Positions 28,357 through 43,107 of a DNA stretch of 64,000 bases are shown one piece after another. Source of the stretch: Octopus sinensis. Lineage: Eukaryota. Location of the stretch: the NCBI RefSeq assembly GCF_006345805.1, contig NC_043017.1, positions 5,270,001 through 5,334,000 on the forward strand, in the 5' to 3' direction. A program made the translations under genes and the position numbers. Each line of letters opens with the position of its first letter. The stretch's first letter is position 1. The notes under the pieces are model-generated. The model did no database searches, had not been told where the DNA came from, and was given only the letters and a program-made list of their open reading frames with translations.

Positions 28357-30920
28357 TATGCACATACATTTAGTTGTAAAATGTAATATTGGAGGACAAC
28401 AAAAGAACGTTAAGAAAATGAGTAAAAACCACATGAAGGACATGGATGCACCCCTCATCATTTCTCAACCAAAGTCATCACAATTTCAACACCTTATTGA
28501 AAAACATTGTTCAATTTGGTACCATCAGGAACAAAAGCTGTTGAGGTATAAATAAGCGAACATGAAGGAGAGAATAAGACAAGGTGAGTTCAGTGATATC
28601 TGAACTCAGAATGTGAAGAATCGGAAGGCCAGTAATTTTTAGACAGAGGTGATTAGTTGATTTTATCAACTCCAAAGCAATGAAGGCTGTCTCCACAATG
28701 TGTTACTGCCTTCATAGTGTGATATGATTTCTAGACTGTGTGCTATCTTCATAGTGGAATACAAAGAGTCCATATTTTCAACTGAACAAAGACATTCTAC
28801 AGAACTAAAAAATGTTCATTCATCCATGAAATTATTTTTCTCTATAAAAACCGATATAAATATATCTAATGGATCTGGGTATTTTTAGCTTTATTGCATT
28901 CTACGCTGCATTGTGAAAGTGGTCAGTGTTGTGTGATCAAGGTGGCTACAGCAGACTGAGACAATTGGGCGCAGTTCTTTCGGCGCTGGTGATTTGTCAC
29001 GGCTGACTGGACATTGATTTGTCACGGTTGACCGGACATTTAACCTGTTTTGGTGACAGTATGTTTTGGCATCAGAGACAAATATACACAGACATACATC
29101 ATCACCATTATTATTTAATGTCTATTTTCCATGCTGGCATGGGTGGAATGGCTTGACAGGAACTGGCAAGTCGGAGGGCTGCACCAGGCACCATTGTCTG
29201 TTTTCGCATGGTTTACAGAGTGGACTGGCTGCTTTTTATGTGGCGCCAGCACAATATATGTGTGTGCTTGTCCCCCATGACCATTTGACAACTGGTGTTT
29301 GTTTGTTTATGTTCCTGTAAGTTAGTGGTTCGGCAAAAATGAAACAGATGGTATAAATACCAGGCTTTTTCGAAAAAAGAATGAATGAAAAAATGTATTT
29401 GGATGGATTTGTTCAACTAAACCCTTCCAGGCAGTGTCCCACCATGGCCACCACCCAATGACTGAAACCAGCAAAAGAAAAGATAAAAGAGATGTAGGGA
29501 GTGAGAAAAGGAGAGACGAAGATGATAATGGTGATGATGATGATAATGCAAAGTCAATGGTCAGAGGATAACTTTATTCCTGTCTGTCATGGGAAACTTC
29601 GAAAAAGAAAAAAGAAAAACTTAAGGCCATTGGCTTCTCTCCTCTGATCAAATTTCCACCACCACCACCGCCGCCGCCGCCATCGACACCAGAAATATAT
29701 GCCATAAAATTCTAAGTTCTATGACTCTCTCTCCTCGTCTCCTTCTCTTTCGACTGCGATACCATCAATAGCTAACTGCTGCTATTTTAAAGTCCACAGA
29801 GACCAAGATATAGACACATAAACCAGCATTTGCCATAATGCGCTGTTTTGTTAATAACCTATAATTCAGTAATAGTTGCAAGCCGGAGATATACGGACGT
29901 ATTTGATAGTCGAAGTATTGATTTTAGTTTATTTAACCAGTAAATATCATAGAATGACTGGTGTTAGAAGAAGGAAGAAACAGACAGAATAGAAATGGTA
30001 CTGTTAAATAACAACTTCAAATGGTAGGTTAGGTTTTATACTTGAAGGAGAAGGTCAGCCTTCAAAAAGGGTTATAATTCCTGCAACTGAACTAAATTAT
30101 TATATTTAAAGATGTTTAGTGGAGCATTATAAAAGAAGGCTGTGTTTAGCTTCGGATAAATGTTTACAATTTGGTAGATGTAACTATAAAATGGTTTAGG
30201 TGTTTGGGTTAATTTTGAGAAAATAGCTAAGAATTTGGAGGGATTTGAAATAAGTTCTTTCTGCAGGCATGGCAGTGTGGTTAAGAAGCTTGCTTTGTAA
30301 ACATGAAGTTTTGGGTTCAATCTCACTGTGGCACCTTGGGTAATTGTCTTTATCGCCCTGGGCTGACCAATCTTGTGTGAGTGAATTTGGTAGGCAGAAA
30401 CTGTGTGAAAGCCTATCTTGTCTGCACACAAACACATACATGAAGGCACATCTACTATACGTACATATATATATATGAAGGCACATGGCTTAGTGGTTAG
30501 AGTTCGATTCCCAGACCAGGCGTTGTGTATTGTTCTTGAGCAAAGCACTTCATTTGACGACATATGAGGGGTCGACAATTTCTTACCGAACAACCACACT
30601 GTTGATTTGTTTATAGTGATCAAATGGTTGTGTAGACATAAGCTCACTCCTTCCATCAGATCGACATTATCTGTACAGGTGCAACTGGGTGCCACAGGTC
30701 AGATGTCGAAATGATTGTAGAGCAACGTGAAATGAAGTGCTTTGCTCAAGAACAATACACAACACCTGGTCTGGGAATCGAACTCATGATCTCGCAGTCG
30801 TGAGTGAAACATCTTAACCACTAAGCCACACACCTTCACTATATATATATATATATATATATGAACTCTCACATACACACACATACATACACATCATCAT
30901 CATCATCATCGTTATATATT

Positions 30921-30973
<53 letters not shown>

Positions 30974-33372
30974 CATACATACATATATATAGATAGAAAG
31001 ATAGATAGATGCAGAGGGGGAAAATAGAACTGGAAACATGACTATACGTATATTTTTGTTAATATTTAGCAGAAGTAACAGAGTGACTCGAGGGCTGATA
31101 GTTTCATGCCTTTCATTGAAGGAAACAAATGACTGAAGCAATTAAAAAGATAGAAATATTGCGGTAATTAACTATTTGCTGAGGAGCCAAGAATATTCTT
31201 TGATTAACTGCAGGTAGATTTGGATCGTTTAATAGGACCCTTTTTCAAAGAAACTCTCAGGTGTCTGGACTTTTGGCCAGTAGGTGGTTAGGTTTGAAGT
31301 ACATTCGGCATGTCATAATTCTATTTACATTTCTATAAGTAGCTCCACGCTTCTTAAATTTGGCAACTTGAAAGGTGAGGTAAACAATCTCTGATGAGAC
31401 TATAATGAAAGCTGAAACAAGTTAGTTAAATCCTCATTTCAAGCTGCCAAGGCGCTTTATGATTTGTTTATCCATGGCACCCTGCTTTCACAGCTAGACT
31501 AAATATATTTTCATAGACTTTATATAACTTTTGTGTGCGCGTGTATTTATATGTATTTGTGAGTGTCTGTGTGTGTATTCATATATATATGTGTGTGTGT
31601 GTACGTGTGTGTGTATTTATATATATATATTTATTTGTGTGTGTGTGTAAGTTTTCACATACACACATATCTTTTATCTTTTACTTGTTTCAGTCATTAG
31701 ACTGGCCATGCAGGGGCACTGCCTTGAAGAATTTTACTCAAATTAGGTGGCTGTGTGGTAAGTAGCTTGCTAACCAACCACATAGTTCCGGGTTCAGTCC
31801 CACTGCGTGGGATCTTGGGCAAGTGTCTTCTGCTATAGCCCCGGGCCGACCAATGCCTTGTGAGTGGATTTGGTAGATGGAAACTGAAAGAAGCCTGTCG
31901 TATATATGTATATATATATATATGTATGTTTGTGTTTGTGTATCTGTGTTTGTCCCCCTAGCATTGCTTGACAACCGATGCTGGTGTGCTTACGTCCCCG
32001 TCACTTAGCGGTTCGGCAAAAGTGACCGATAGAATAAGTACTGGGCTTACAAAGAATAAGTCCTGAGGTTGATTTGCTCGACTAAAGGTGGTGCTCCAGC
32101 ATGGCCGCAGTCAAATGACTGAAACAACTAAAAGAGTAAAAGAGAGTATATATATATATATATACACGATATAGTGTATATTTATACACATAAGGAATCC
32201 ACTTAAAGTGAAATCAACACATTAGAAAGAACAGCTAGGTTCTGTAAACCACAAAAATAACGGATAAAATTCGACAGAAATATATATATATAATATTATA
32301 ATAAATTAGAGACAAAACCACTATTATGCAAATCAAACAAAGAAAGACTTAAGCCAATACATAAAATAATTTATATAAATTAAAATTTAACAAATGAATA
32401 ACCACTACGATCGTTTCGTGTCAGCACATCTTAGACATTCTTCTATAGTTATAAACTATAGTTTATACTCGCTAAGAAGGTTTAGAGACCACCTGAAGAA
32501 TGTCTAAGATGTGCTGACACGAAACAATCGTAGTGGTTATTCATCATCATCATCATCATCATCATCATTTAACGTCCGCCTTTCCATGCTAGCATGGGTT
32601 GGACGTGTTCAACTGGGGTCTGGGGAGCCGAAAGCTGCACCATCCAGTCAGATCTGGCAGTGTTTCTACAGCTGGATGCCCTTCCTAACGCCAACCACTC
32701 CGAGAGTGTAGTGGGTGATTTTATGTGCCACGACACAGGTGCCAGACGAGGCTGACAAAGGCCACGCTCGGATGGTGTTTTTATGTGCCACCGACACAGG
32801 TGCCAGACGAGGCTGGCAGACGGCCACGCTCGGATGTGTTTTTTATGTGCCACCGACACAGGTGCCAGACGAGGCTGGCAGACGGCCACGCTCGATGGTG
32901 TTTTTATGTGCCACCGACACAGGTGCCAGACGAGGCTGGCAGACGGCCACGCTCGGATGGTGGTTTTTTATGTCCAAACGACACAGGTGCCAGATGAGGC
33001 TGGCAAACGGCCACGATCGGATGGTGCTTGTTACGTGCCCACAGCACGGAGGCCAGTCGATGCGGTACTGGCTACGGCCACGTTCGGATGGTTTTCTATG
33101 TGCCACGTGCCACCGGCACCATGGTACCACAAAGATACAAATTCCATTGATGTTCATCTATTTTGATTTGTTTTGATTTGATTTGATTTTTTTCATTTGT
33201 TAAATTTTAATTTATATAAATTATTTTATGTATTGGCTTAAGTCTTTCTTTGTTTGATTTGCATAATAGTGGTTTTGTCTCTAATTTATTATAATATAAT
33301 ATTTTACTATAAAGTTGGATTCAATCTTAAATCTGATTTTTCCTTGTAAATTTGGATTTATTCCCTAATATT

Positions 33373-33443
<71 letters not shown>

Positions 33444-35758
33444 AGCACACACAGACACGTGTATGTGTTTTTGATGTGTCTCCCACCACCACTTGATAGC
33501 AGTTGTTGGTTTGTTTACATCCCCACAAATTAGTAGTTCAGCTAAAGAGACCAACAGAACAAGTACCAGACTTTAAAAAAAAACATGTACAGGGGTTGAT
33601 TTGGTTGGCAGCACCCTTCAAGGCAGTGCCCCAGCATGGTCGCACTCTAAGACCTGAAACGAGTTGCAGATAAAGACATGATTTATTACAGCTATAATCT
33701 ATTTCAACACACCACCCCCACTACACACACACACACACATTGCTGACTGCCAATCCCTCCAAAATATATATGCCACCCCTACGCACATTCTTAATTCCCC
33801 ATTAATTAGCTTTGTATGAGCATTAATTACTTTTAATATATCTCCGCCCCCTTTCTCCCTCGTCTTTATTGTTGATCAGATGTTTTTGATTTCTTGAAAA
33901 TCGCAAAGCTCTCATTCCATCAACAGTCGTTAGAAGAAGTTTCTTGAGATCACCTTTGAGAGTAGATCCTTAAACTTTTCAAGATATTTTGGCTCTTATA
34001 ATTAAGAATATTCCCAAATTACATCTGGTTTCAATTTGGGTGCCTTTTCTTTTTTTTCTTTTTCTTCACGTTTGGAATTATATTTAATAACGGTAAAAAT
34101 TCTCTCAAGATACTTTACACTCAGCATAAACATTCAGACTAGCTATTACCATTTTTTATAAGATATATCCTTTTATCTGTATGTCTTTTATTCTGAAGTA
34201 AAAGGAACAAGTCAGATATATAGCCCCAGGAATGGAGCAGTAAAAAGCAAAATGCCAAAATAGGGGGCAGCAAAACATAAAAGTAAATGAAATTATTTTA
34301 GTGTCATTTGAACCCTTTATCATTCAGATTACTCTGTCAAATGTAATGCTTAATTATTCACATTGTTTTTAATTAAATATACATTAATTATGTAGCTTCA
34401 AATTTTGATGATGTGATTATTTTTAAAATGACATTGGTGGGTAGGTGTGAGAGGCTGGACCTGGTTGATTTGATCATAAAACATCAAATGGCTATGAGGG
34501 TCCACCAGAATAAAATAATAGCCAAAGGGGGTGGGGATCCATAGGTAAAACAAAAAAAAAAAATGGTTTAGAATCACTGCTGTAGATCAGTGCTTCCGAA
34601 CTGGGGTCCGTATAAGATTTTTTGGTTAAAATTTGTCTGCTATAAATCGTTTATACTTCTATAATACACAAAATACTTAACAATTTTTGGCATCACTTAC
34701 CAAGTCCTTTGTGAGCCGCTTTATATAGCTATGTTGCGGCCTCACCTGGAATTTGCATCACCTGTCTGGAAGCCCTATCTTGCCCAGGATATTAATCGTC
34801 TGGAAATTGTTCAGCAATGAGCAGCCAAGAGAATACCCTCCATTAGGCATTTGCCATATTCTGAACGCCTTACTTCCCTGGGCATGGCTACATTGAAACT
34901 CCGACGTCTGGCAGCTGACTTGGCAGACACCCATAAAATTATTAACCATCTTACTAACAATAACTCTGAGCACCTTTTCAAACTCCACTTGTCTAACATT
35001 CGTGGACATGTTTACAAAGTCAGAAAACAGCACAACTCCCACGACTTTCGGAAACATTTATTCACGCTAAGAGTTGATGAAGCATGGAACAAACTGCCAG
35101 CATCAGTTGTTAGTTGTTGGAGCACTGCATCCTTCAAAACTTCCATGCTTCCTGAGATTTGCCAACATTACACCTGATTTTCTCCCCTCCATACACACGC
35201 AAGCATGTATCTGATTTATACACTCTTCACTTCCCAGACATTTGTATATTACTGCATATGCTTTATACGCACTTTTGACAAGTTGTGGTGCACCTGAGCA
35301 CTGTATACAATAATTTCATTATTATTATTACTTATCCAATTCCTAATAATATTATGAAAATAAAACATGATTTTATTAAAGCTAGGAACCAAAGGGATCC
35401 ACAGGTAAAAACAAATGGTTCTGAAGCTCTGCTGTAGATGAAAGATTGATGGAAATAGGGAGAAAAATAAAAGAAAGACGAAAAAGGGAAAAAATTTCCT
35501 TAGTCCAGTATTGAAATGATGAAGAATAAAATATGCAGAAACCGTCAGCTGCCATATATACTAAAGCAATTCTTAGTGATTTACTGTGTCTTGTGATGCA
35601 TATACAGTAGCAGTATTATCTCGTTCTGGAGAGGAAATTCTTGGAATCGGCTTTCACTGCCAAAAATATATTGTTAATAGGCAAAAAAAAATCTGTTGAG
35701 CTTTATGAATTGGGAAAATGGGAGATGACAGCAACCACTACCACCACCACAACCACCC

Positions 35759-35811
<53 letters not shown>

Positions 35812-36668
35812 ACTACTATAATAATAGTAATGGTTTTAAATTTAAGCACAAGGCTAGCAATTTTGAGGGAAAGGGAATTAGTTGGTTACATTGAGCCCAG
35901 TACGTGACTGGTACTTTTGATACATTATTTTATCAAGTCTGAAAGAATGAAGGGTAAAGATGAACGACTTGGCAAGATATGGCTTTTTTTTCCTCCCAAT
36001 CCACTATCCTTATAATAATAATGATAATATATTTTACCCCAGTGTCACTTTGATAACATCCACTGCTCTCTTACTCAATAATGGTGGTGGTGGTGGTGGT
36101 GGTGGCGGCGGTGGCCCGAGGCTATAGCAGAAGACACTTGCCCAAGGTACCACGCATATGGTTGGTAAGCAAGCTATTTACCACACAGCCACTTCTACGC
36201 CTATGTTTATTTTATTTTTGAATCTGAATTCCAGGGAGGGGCTGTGTGAATTATATTGGTCCCAGTGATCAACTGGTACTTACTTATTGACCCCAAAAGG
36301 ATGACAGGCAAAGTCGACCTTGGGTGAATTTGAACTCAGAATGTACAGATTAGACATGATACTGATATCAAATATTTGCACAAGGCCAGTAACTGTGGAG
36401 GCAGGGGATAAATCGCTTACATTAATCCCAGTATTCAACTGGTACTTATTTTATTGACCCCTAAAGGATGAAAGGCAATGTCTACCCCAGGTAAATTTGA
36501 ACTCAGAATATACAGGAGTGGCTGTGTGGTAAGTAGCTTGCTTACCAACATGGTTCTGTGTTGAGTCCCACTGCATGGCACCTTGGGCAAGTGTCTTCTA
36601 CGATAGCCTTGGGCTGACCAAAGCCTTGTCAGAGGATTTGGTAGACGGAAACTGAAAGAAGCCCGTCG

Positions 36669-36701
<33 letters not shown>

Positions 36702-38459
36702 ATGGCTCAGTGGTTAGAGTGTTGAACTTACGATCGTGAGGTTGTGAGTTCGATCCCGGACCAGGCTGTGTGTTGTGTTCTTGAGCAAGACACTTTATTT
36801 CACGTTGTTCCAGTTCACTCAGCTGTAGAAATGAGTTGCGACGTCACTGGTGCCAAGCTGTATCGGCCACTTTGCGTTTCCCTTGGATGACATCGGTGGC
36901 ATGGAGAGGGTGGGGGCTGGTATGCATGGGCGACTACTGGTTTTCCATAAACAACCTTGCCCAGACTTGTGCCTCAGAGGGTAACTTTCTAGGTGCAATG
37001 CCATGGTCATTCATAACTGAAGGTGGTCTCCGTGTGTGTATATGTTTGTGTGTCTGTGTTTGTCCCCCCAACATCGCTTGATAACCGATGCTGATGTGTT
37101 TACGTCTCAGTTCGCCAAAAAGAGATTGATAGACTAAGTACCAGGCTAACAAAGAATAAGTCTTGTGATTGATTTGCTCAACTAAAGGCGGTGCTCCAGC
37201 ATGGCTGCAGTCAAATGACTGAAATGAATAAAAGAATAACAGAATGAATAGGTATAATATTGCTAAACATTTTGGTCAGCATGCTAACAATTCTGCCAGC
37301 TCCCTGCCCTTAATTTATGCGACAATATTAGAATGGGCAATGGCAGGAGAAGAAAACTAGTATATAGACATCAGAATCTGAGAGTCTATCTTTCTGGAAA
37401 TGTTTGTGTTTTTTTAGTTTTTTTTTAAGCAAAATTCTAAATTTATTTATGTATTTCTTGCTTTTTATAATTTTTTGGGTGGGTTTTTCTTTGTCTTCTA
37501 ATCTCGAGTATAGAATAAACTGTTTAATTTATTTACAATTCTTTATTGTTTCTTTAACATTTTCATTAATTTTTTTTTTAATTTCGTTTGGTCGATGTTT
37601 GCATAAAAGACTGAAACGGAGAAGCCCCCAAAATAAAAAAACTGAAACAGCATACAAAAAAACCTCCCAAAAAACAAAGAAAAGCACCCTCGCAGCATAA
37701 AAATAACTGTTTATATTTTATCTTCTCAGCTTACGAAAAGGAATTCAGCCTAACATCAACAAAGAACGTCGTGTAGACAATTCCTTAAAGCTATGGATCT
37801 GGGAGGCCAAGAATATACCACCAAAAAAAAGGTAAGACGCCTGTTCATGTTTAGTTGCTTTTTTATTGTTTTTGCTTTGTTTTTGAGGTTTTTTTTTGTT
37901 TGTTCTTTGGTTATCTCTTTTGTAACTGCGATGATTTGAAACTGTTCCAATAAGCACTTAAGTCTTATATAGAAAATTAGAAGAACCAGGGCCAGAGTGT
38001 GGGAGGGCGGGGCGTGAAAGTGGTCGGTGGTGGGCACGCAAGGACAAACCAGACAGATTTTATCAGCTGACACAAATTTTATGGCATGAAGAGAAAAAAA
38101 AAATTGAAAAATAAAAATTTTAATAAAAAACTGTAAAATGTGAAGCGGTTTCACATTCCTGATGACTGGGTCTTTGGGTTCACTTGTCTGCTAAATTCCG
38201 CTGGAATGAGATGAGACTGTGAGTGAGAGGTGACAATTTTTTTCAAATTGATAGACGAAGAATGAGTTGAGTGAAATGGCCTCGATTAGGAATTGAAACT
38301 GCGACTGCATCGCAACTGTAATTTTAAAATGCTACTGTGCAATGAAGGTGTGGTTGTTTGTGGTGTTACTGACATGAGGCATCTGGTGTGTGACATCAGT
38401 TACACACACACACATACACACACACACATACACATACACACATACACACACACATACAT

Positions 38460-38494
<35 letters not shown>

Positions 38495-38563
38495 TGCTGT
38501 TCAAGAAGCTCTCACTCTCTCCCACACACACTCACACTCAGTCAGGAAACTAATGTCAAAGAT

Positions 38564-38616
<53 letters not shown>

Positions 38617-39047
38617 GTACAAACTGGTGTTATTGATGTCACCACACGCATACACACATACAAACACTGTTCTTAACTGATGTCTCACACATACACACAC
38701 AAACTGATCTCTCTCTCTCTCTTTCTCACTCTCTCTCTCACTCTTTCTCTCTCTCTCTAACTTTCATGCACACAGAGAAACTAGTGTTAACTGATATACA
38801 CACACACACACACACACACCTCACTCATACGCACACATGCACATCACACAAACACATACACACACAGAATCTCGTATTACTGATCTTCTTTCTCTCTCAC
38901 ACATATATACAAAATTTTGTATAACTGATCTCTCTCTCTCCTTTTCTCCTTCTCTCTCTTTATCTTTCTCTCTCTTTCGACCAAAGCCTTGTGAGTGGAT
39001 TTTGTAGATGGAAACTGAAAGAAGCTCGTCGTATATATGTATGTATG

Positions 39048-39079
<32 letters not shown>

Positions 39080-40541
39080 GTATGTATGTATGTGTGTGTA
39101 TACATTTGTGTGTGTTTGTTTGTCCCCCCAACATCAATTGACAACCAATGCTGGTGTGTTTACGCCCCCATAACTTAGCGGTTCGGCAAAAGAGACCGAT
39201 AGAATAAGTACTAGGCTTACGAAGAATAAGTCCTGAGGTCGATTTGCTCGACTAAAGGCAGTGCTCCAGCATGGCCACAGTCAAATGACTGAAACAAGTA
39301 AAAGAGAGTGAAGATTAAATACAGAGCCAACAAGTGACCTGGCTCTGATGAGTGTTCCAGTTGGTCCAATCAATGGAATAGCCTGCTTGTGGATTTGATG
39401 TGCAAGCGGTTGAGTACTCCACAGACACACATGCTCTTAACTTGAGGAGATTCAGCGTGACACAATGTGACATGGCCGATCCTTTTGGATTACAGGTTTT
39501 ACTCACTTTTGCCAGCTGAGTGGACTGCAGCAACATGTAATAAAGTGTCTTGCTCAAGGACCTGGCACTCCATCAATTAGCATGCAAGTGGCTGAGTATT
39601 CCATAGACACACATGCTCTTAATGCAGTACTCAGGGAGATTCAGTGTGACACAGAATGTGACATGGCTGGCCCTTTGAAATACAGATAAAACTCATTTTT
39701 GGTTGCTGAGTGGACTGGAGCAACGTGAAATAGTCTTGCTCAAGGACACAGTGCACTGCCAGGAATTGAACTCACAACCATGCAATCATGAGCCAAATAC
39801 CTTAACCACTAAGCCATGTGCCTTCACCTCTAAGTACTATGGGCCCTTACCAGCACAAATGCATAAACCAATCATTTTCCTGATTGTGTATTTGTAATGA
39901 TTTTATTTTTGCTTCTTAAGAGACGATGGGGGGCATGTTGCTTAATGGTTTGGACGTTGGACTCATGATTGTAAGACTGTGGTTTCAATTCCTGGACATG
40001 GTAATACTTTGTGTTATGTCTTGCAATGAATGGTGGACCTGCCTAAAAAACAAACGGAAGGCCTCAATACGGACAAGAACTTCTGAACTGCTGGGTCATA
40101 GGCTTACCCTAGGTGTCGAGTACCACCTTTACAATAATAGACTGTACAGGTAGAAGTGTGGCCTTCCTTATATTGAATATGTCTTTCTGGAGAGCAAGTT
40201 AAGTCAGGTTAGATGTGATTGATCCCTTAATTGTATTTTAAAATTTTCTTTTTTATATTTTGTTTTTTGCAGATATTTTTGTGAAATCTTTCTGGACTCC
40301 TCAATGCATGCCAAGACTTCGTGTAAAGCACAGTCGGAAATGCTGTTTTGGGGAGAGTTCTTTGAATTCAGGTAATTATTATTCTGTTTTTAATCCTTCA
40401 GAATTCAGCTCCCTCAGTCACATGTATAATTCTTATTTTATTCACATTGTTCTGACTTAATTATGCATTATCTTGTACCTTTGAAATTTCGACGATGTCA
40501 TTGCTGGCCTTGTGCCAAAATATGAAACCCTCAATATCATT

Positions 40542-40573
<32 letters not shown>

Positions 40574-40690
40574 ATTATTATTATTATTATTTGCTCGACT
40601 AAAAGGTGGTGCTCCAGCATGGCCACAGTCAAATGACTGAAACAAGTAAAAGAGTAAATGAAGTGATTTCGAGATTTCTATATGCTGTTG

Positions 40691-40753
<63 letters not shown>

Positions 40754-43073
40754 ATTATTATTATTATTAATTATTATTATTATTAATTATTATTATTATT
40801 ATTATTATTAATTTTTTAAAATCTTGTTTCAGTAACTTGCTCAACATAAAACAGATTATTTTGTATCTCTATCGAGAAGCAGACAAGAAGAAGAAAAAAG
40901 ATAAAAACACTAAAATAGGTCAGTAGTTCTTGGCTCCAATTATATTTCGTTTCTTCTTTTCAATTGAGTTTAAAGTTCCAACACAAAGTACTAAACAGCA
41001 AATTTGTAACATTGTTATCTATCAGGCCACTGTTTATATCTGTGTGTTCGAGGCCTTGTATTTTATCTACATGTGTTTGTGGACTTGGGATAACATCAAG
41101 ATGTCTTCATGGCCTTATATATATATCTATATGTATTAGTGACCACTGGAGACTCCTACATGTGTTTGTGGCCTTTGGACAACATCAAGATGTCTTCATA
41201 ACTATGTCTACATGTGTTAATGACCACCAGAAACACCTACATGTGTCTATGGCCTTGTAACTATATCTACATGTGTTAATGGCCACCAGAAACGCCTACA
41301 TGTGTCTATGGCCTTGTAACTATATCTACATGTGTTAGTGACCATTGGAGACATCAAGCTATCAGGAAATATGTCCTGGGGTTGATTCAAGGTGGTGCCC
41401 CAGCATGGCCACAGTCTGATGACTGACAAATGAAAGATGATTGATACTTTCTAACGAGAAAGTTCATAATAGTACTAACAACTCATCTCATAAATTAAGC
41501 AGTAATTTGTTAAATAAAGTCTGTTGTCTGTTTTTCAGCCACAGATCCACCCTGATTAAACAGATCAAAGTTGTTCTGATTGTAGCCAACCCATCTTTTT
41601 ACGTGGCACCATCACCAGTGCTTCCCATGTGGCACCATCACCAGTGCTTCCCATGTGGCACCAACACCAGTGATTTCTGTGTGGCACCATCACCAGTGCT
41701 TTTTCACTTAGCACCATCACCACTGATGTTTGCATGGCACCATTACCAGTGTTTTTTATGTGGCACCAACACCAGTGCTTCCCATGTGGCACCATCACCA
41801 GTGCTTTTTATGCGGCACCAACACCAGTGCTTCCCATGTGGCACCAACACCAGTGCTTCCCATGTGGAAACAACACCTGTGCTTTTTATGCGGCACCAAC
41901 ACCAGTGCTTTTCATGTGGCACCAACATCAGTGCTTTTTATGCGGCACCAACACCAGTGCTTCCCTTGTGGCACTAGCACCAGTGTTTTTTTATGTGGCA
42001 CCAGCACCAGTGCCTTCCATGTGGCACCAGCACCAGTGCTTCCCATGTGGCACCAGCCCCAGTGTTTTCTATATGGCGCCAGCACCAGTGTTTTCCACAT
42101 GGCACCATCACCAGTGCTTTTCACGTGGCACCAGCACCACATTACATCAGTTAATGTGTCCTCCTATGTCTAAGAGCAAGAGTTTTAGCAGCTATTTCTA
42201 GCAGCTGAGTGGCTTCTAGAAATAGCTGTGCTTCTTTTGGTCGGTCTGTGGTAGAGTCCAGTCAGTACCCACCACCCACTACAACCACAAAGAAGTTTTT
42301 TTGGGGTGGACATGTGGCAGACCCACCTGACACTACCCCATCTACCACCAGTGCTTCTTGCAGGAAATATTGACCTTGTGCAGCAGAGGAAGTAACTGCA
42401 TTCTTAAGTATTCCATATGTGGAATGGTTTGGTGGAGGTTTTTGGTATTTGTCACCCTACTAACTGCCAAAGAATGTCATTTATTTATCTTAGTTTTTTT
42501 TTTTTTGAGTTCATTTATTCTGAAATAACATTTTAAATATTTCAATTAAAAAATTGTTTTTTAAAATTCTGCCAACAACAACCAGAACAGCAACATAACT
42601 AACGATGTATTAACGAACGGCCGAGAAAGAAATTTCAAGACCCAACAAATTTAATTTGATTATTTTAGACATAGACACAACCCCCATCATGCACTCTTAC
42701 ACCATCATACAGACACCCCAGAACACACAACAACATACAAACACCATCATATACCTTTTTACATAAACACATACACATACACCACACAAATACACATTCA
42801 CACACGCAGAAACCTACACATACATGCATCTTCACTGTGATACATATACATACACACGATTACATCAACAGACTCAACCCCTCTTTCTTTCTCTTTTATA
42901 TAATATTTTTGTTTTATTCTCTATTTTGTTTTCTATATTTCAGGAGTTGTAACTATTCCAGTCTGTGAACTTGGTAACAAACAGTTAGTTGAGAAATGGT
43001 ATGTTATCTACATATCTTATTTTCTATTTTGTTCTAAATATTTTTCCTTCTTCCAGGAAATAGAGAACATTGA

Positions 43074-43107
<34 letters not shown>

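Larger units (their letters stand above)
32295..33375 (+). mobile_element. Penelope-like terminal-repeat fragment with inverted 5' copy, interrupted by a (GAT)n-tailed repeat (32545-33192)
   Basis: Arm 32295-32443 is the reverse complement of 32495-32544 plus 33193-33295 with 1 mismatch. Related AT-rich copies occur at 49335-49620, 62770-62995 and (weaker) 60625-60760, all next to (TA)n. The PLE assignment is inferred from the hammerhead plus inverted-terminus architecture. Confidence 0.55.

Noticed and set aside
27633-28555. Long YIYI/MYVC-type ORFs (also near 6.5k, 14.3k, 15.3k, 27.0k and 62.2k)
   Set aside because: Translations of (TA)n/(TG)n microsatellites, which lack stop codons in several frames.
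28571-28590. First exon MKERIRQ with strong AAG|gtgagt donor
   Set aside because: The phase-1 end is incompatible with the phase-2 acceptor at 37730 unless non-coding; no other support.
30072-30695. 207-aa minus-strand ORF
   Set aside because: Composed of SINE-C and SINE-A sequence and AT-rich filler; no domain similarity.
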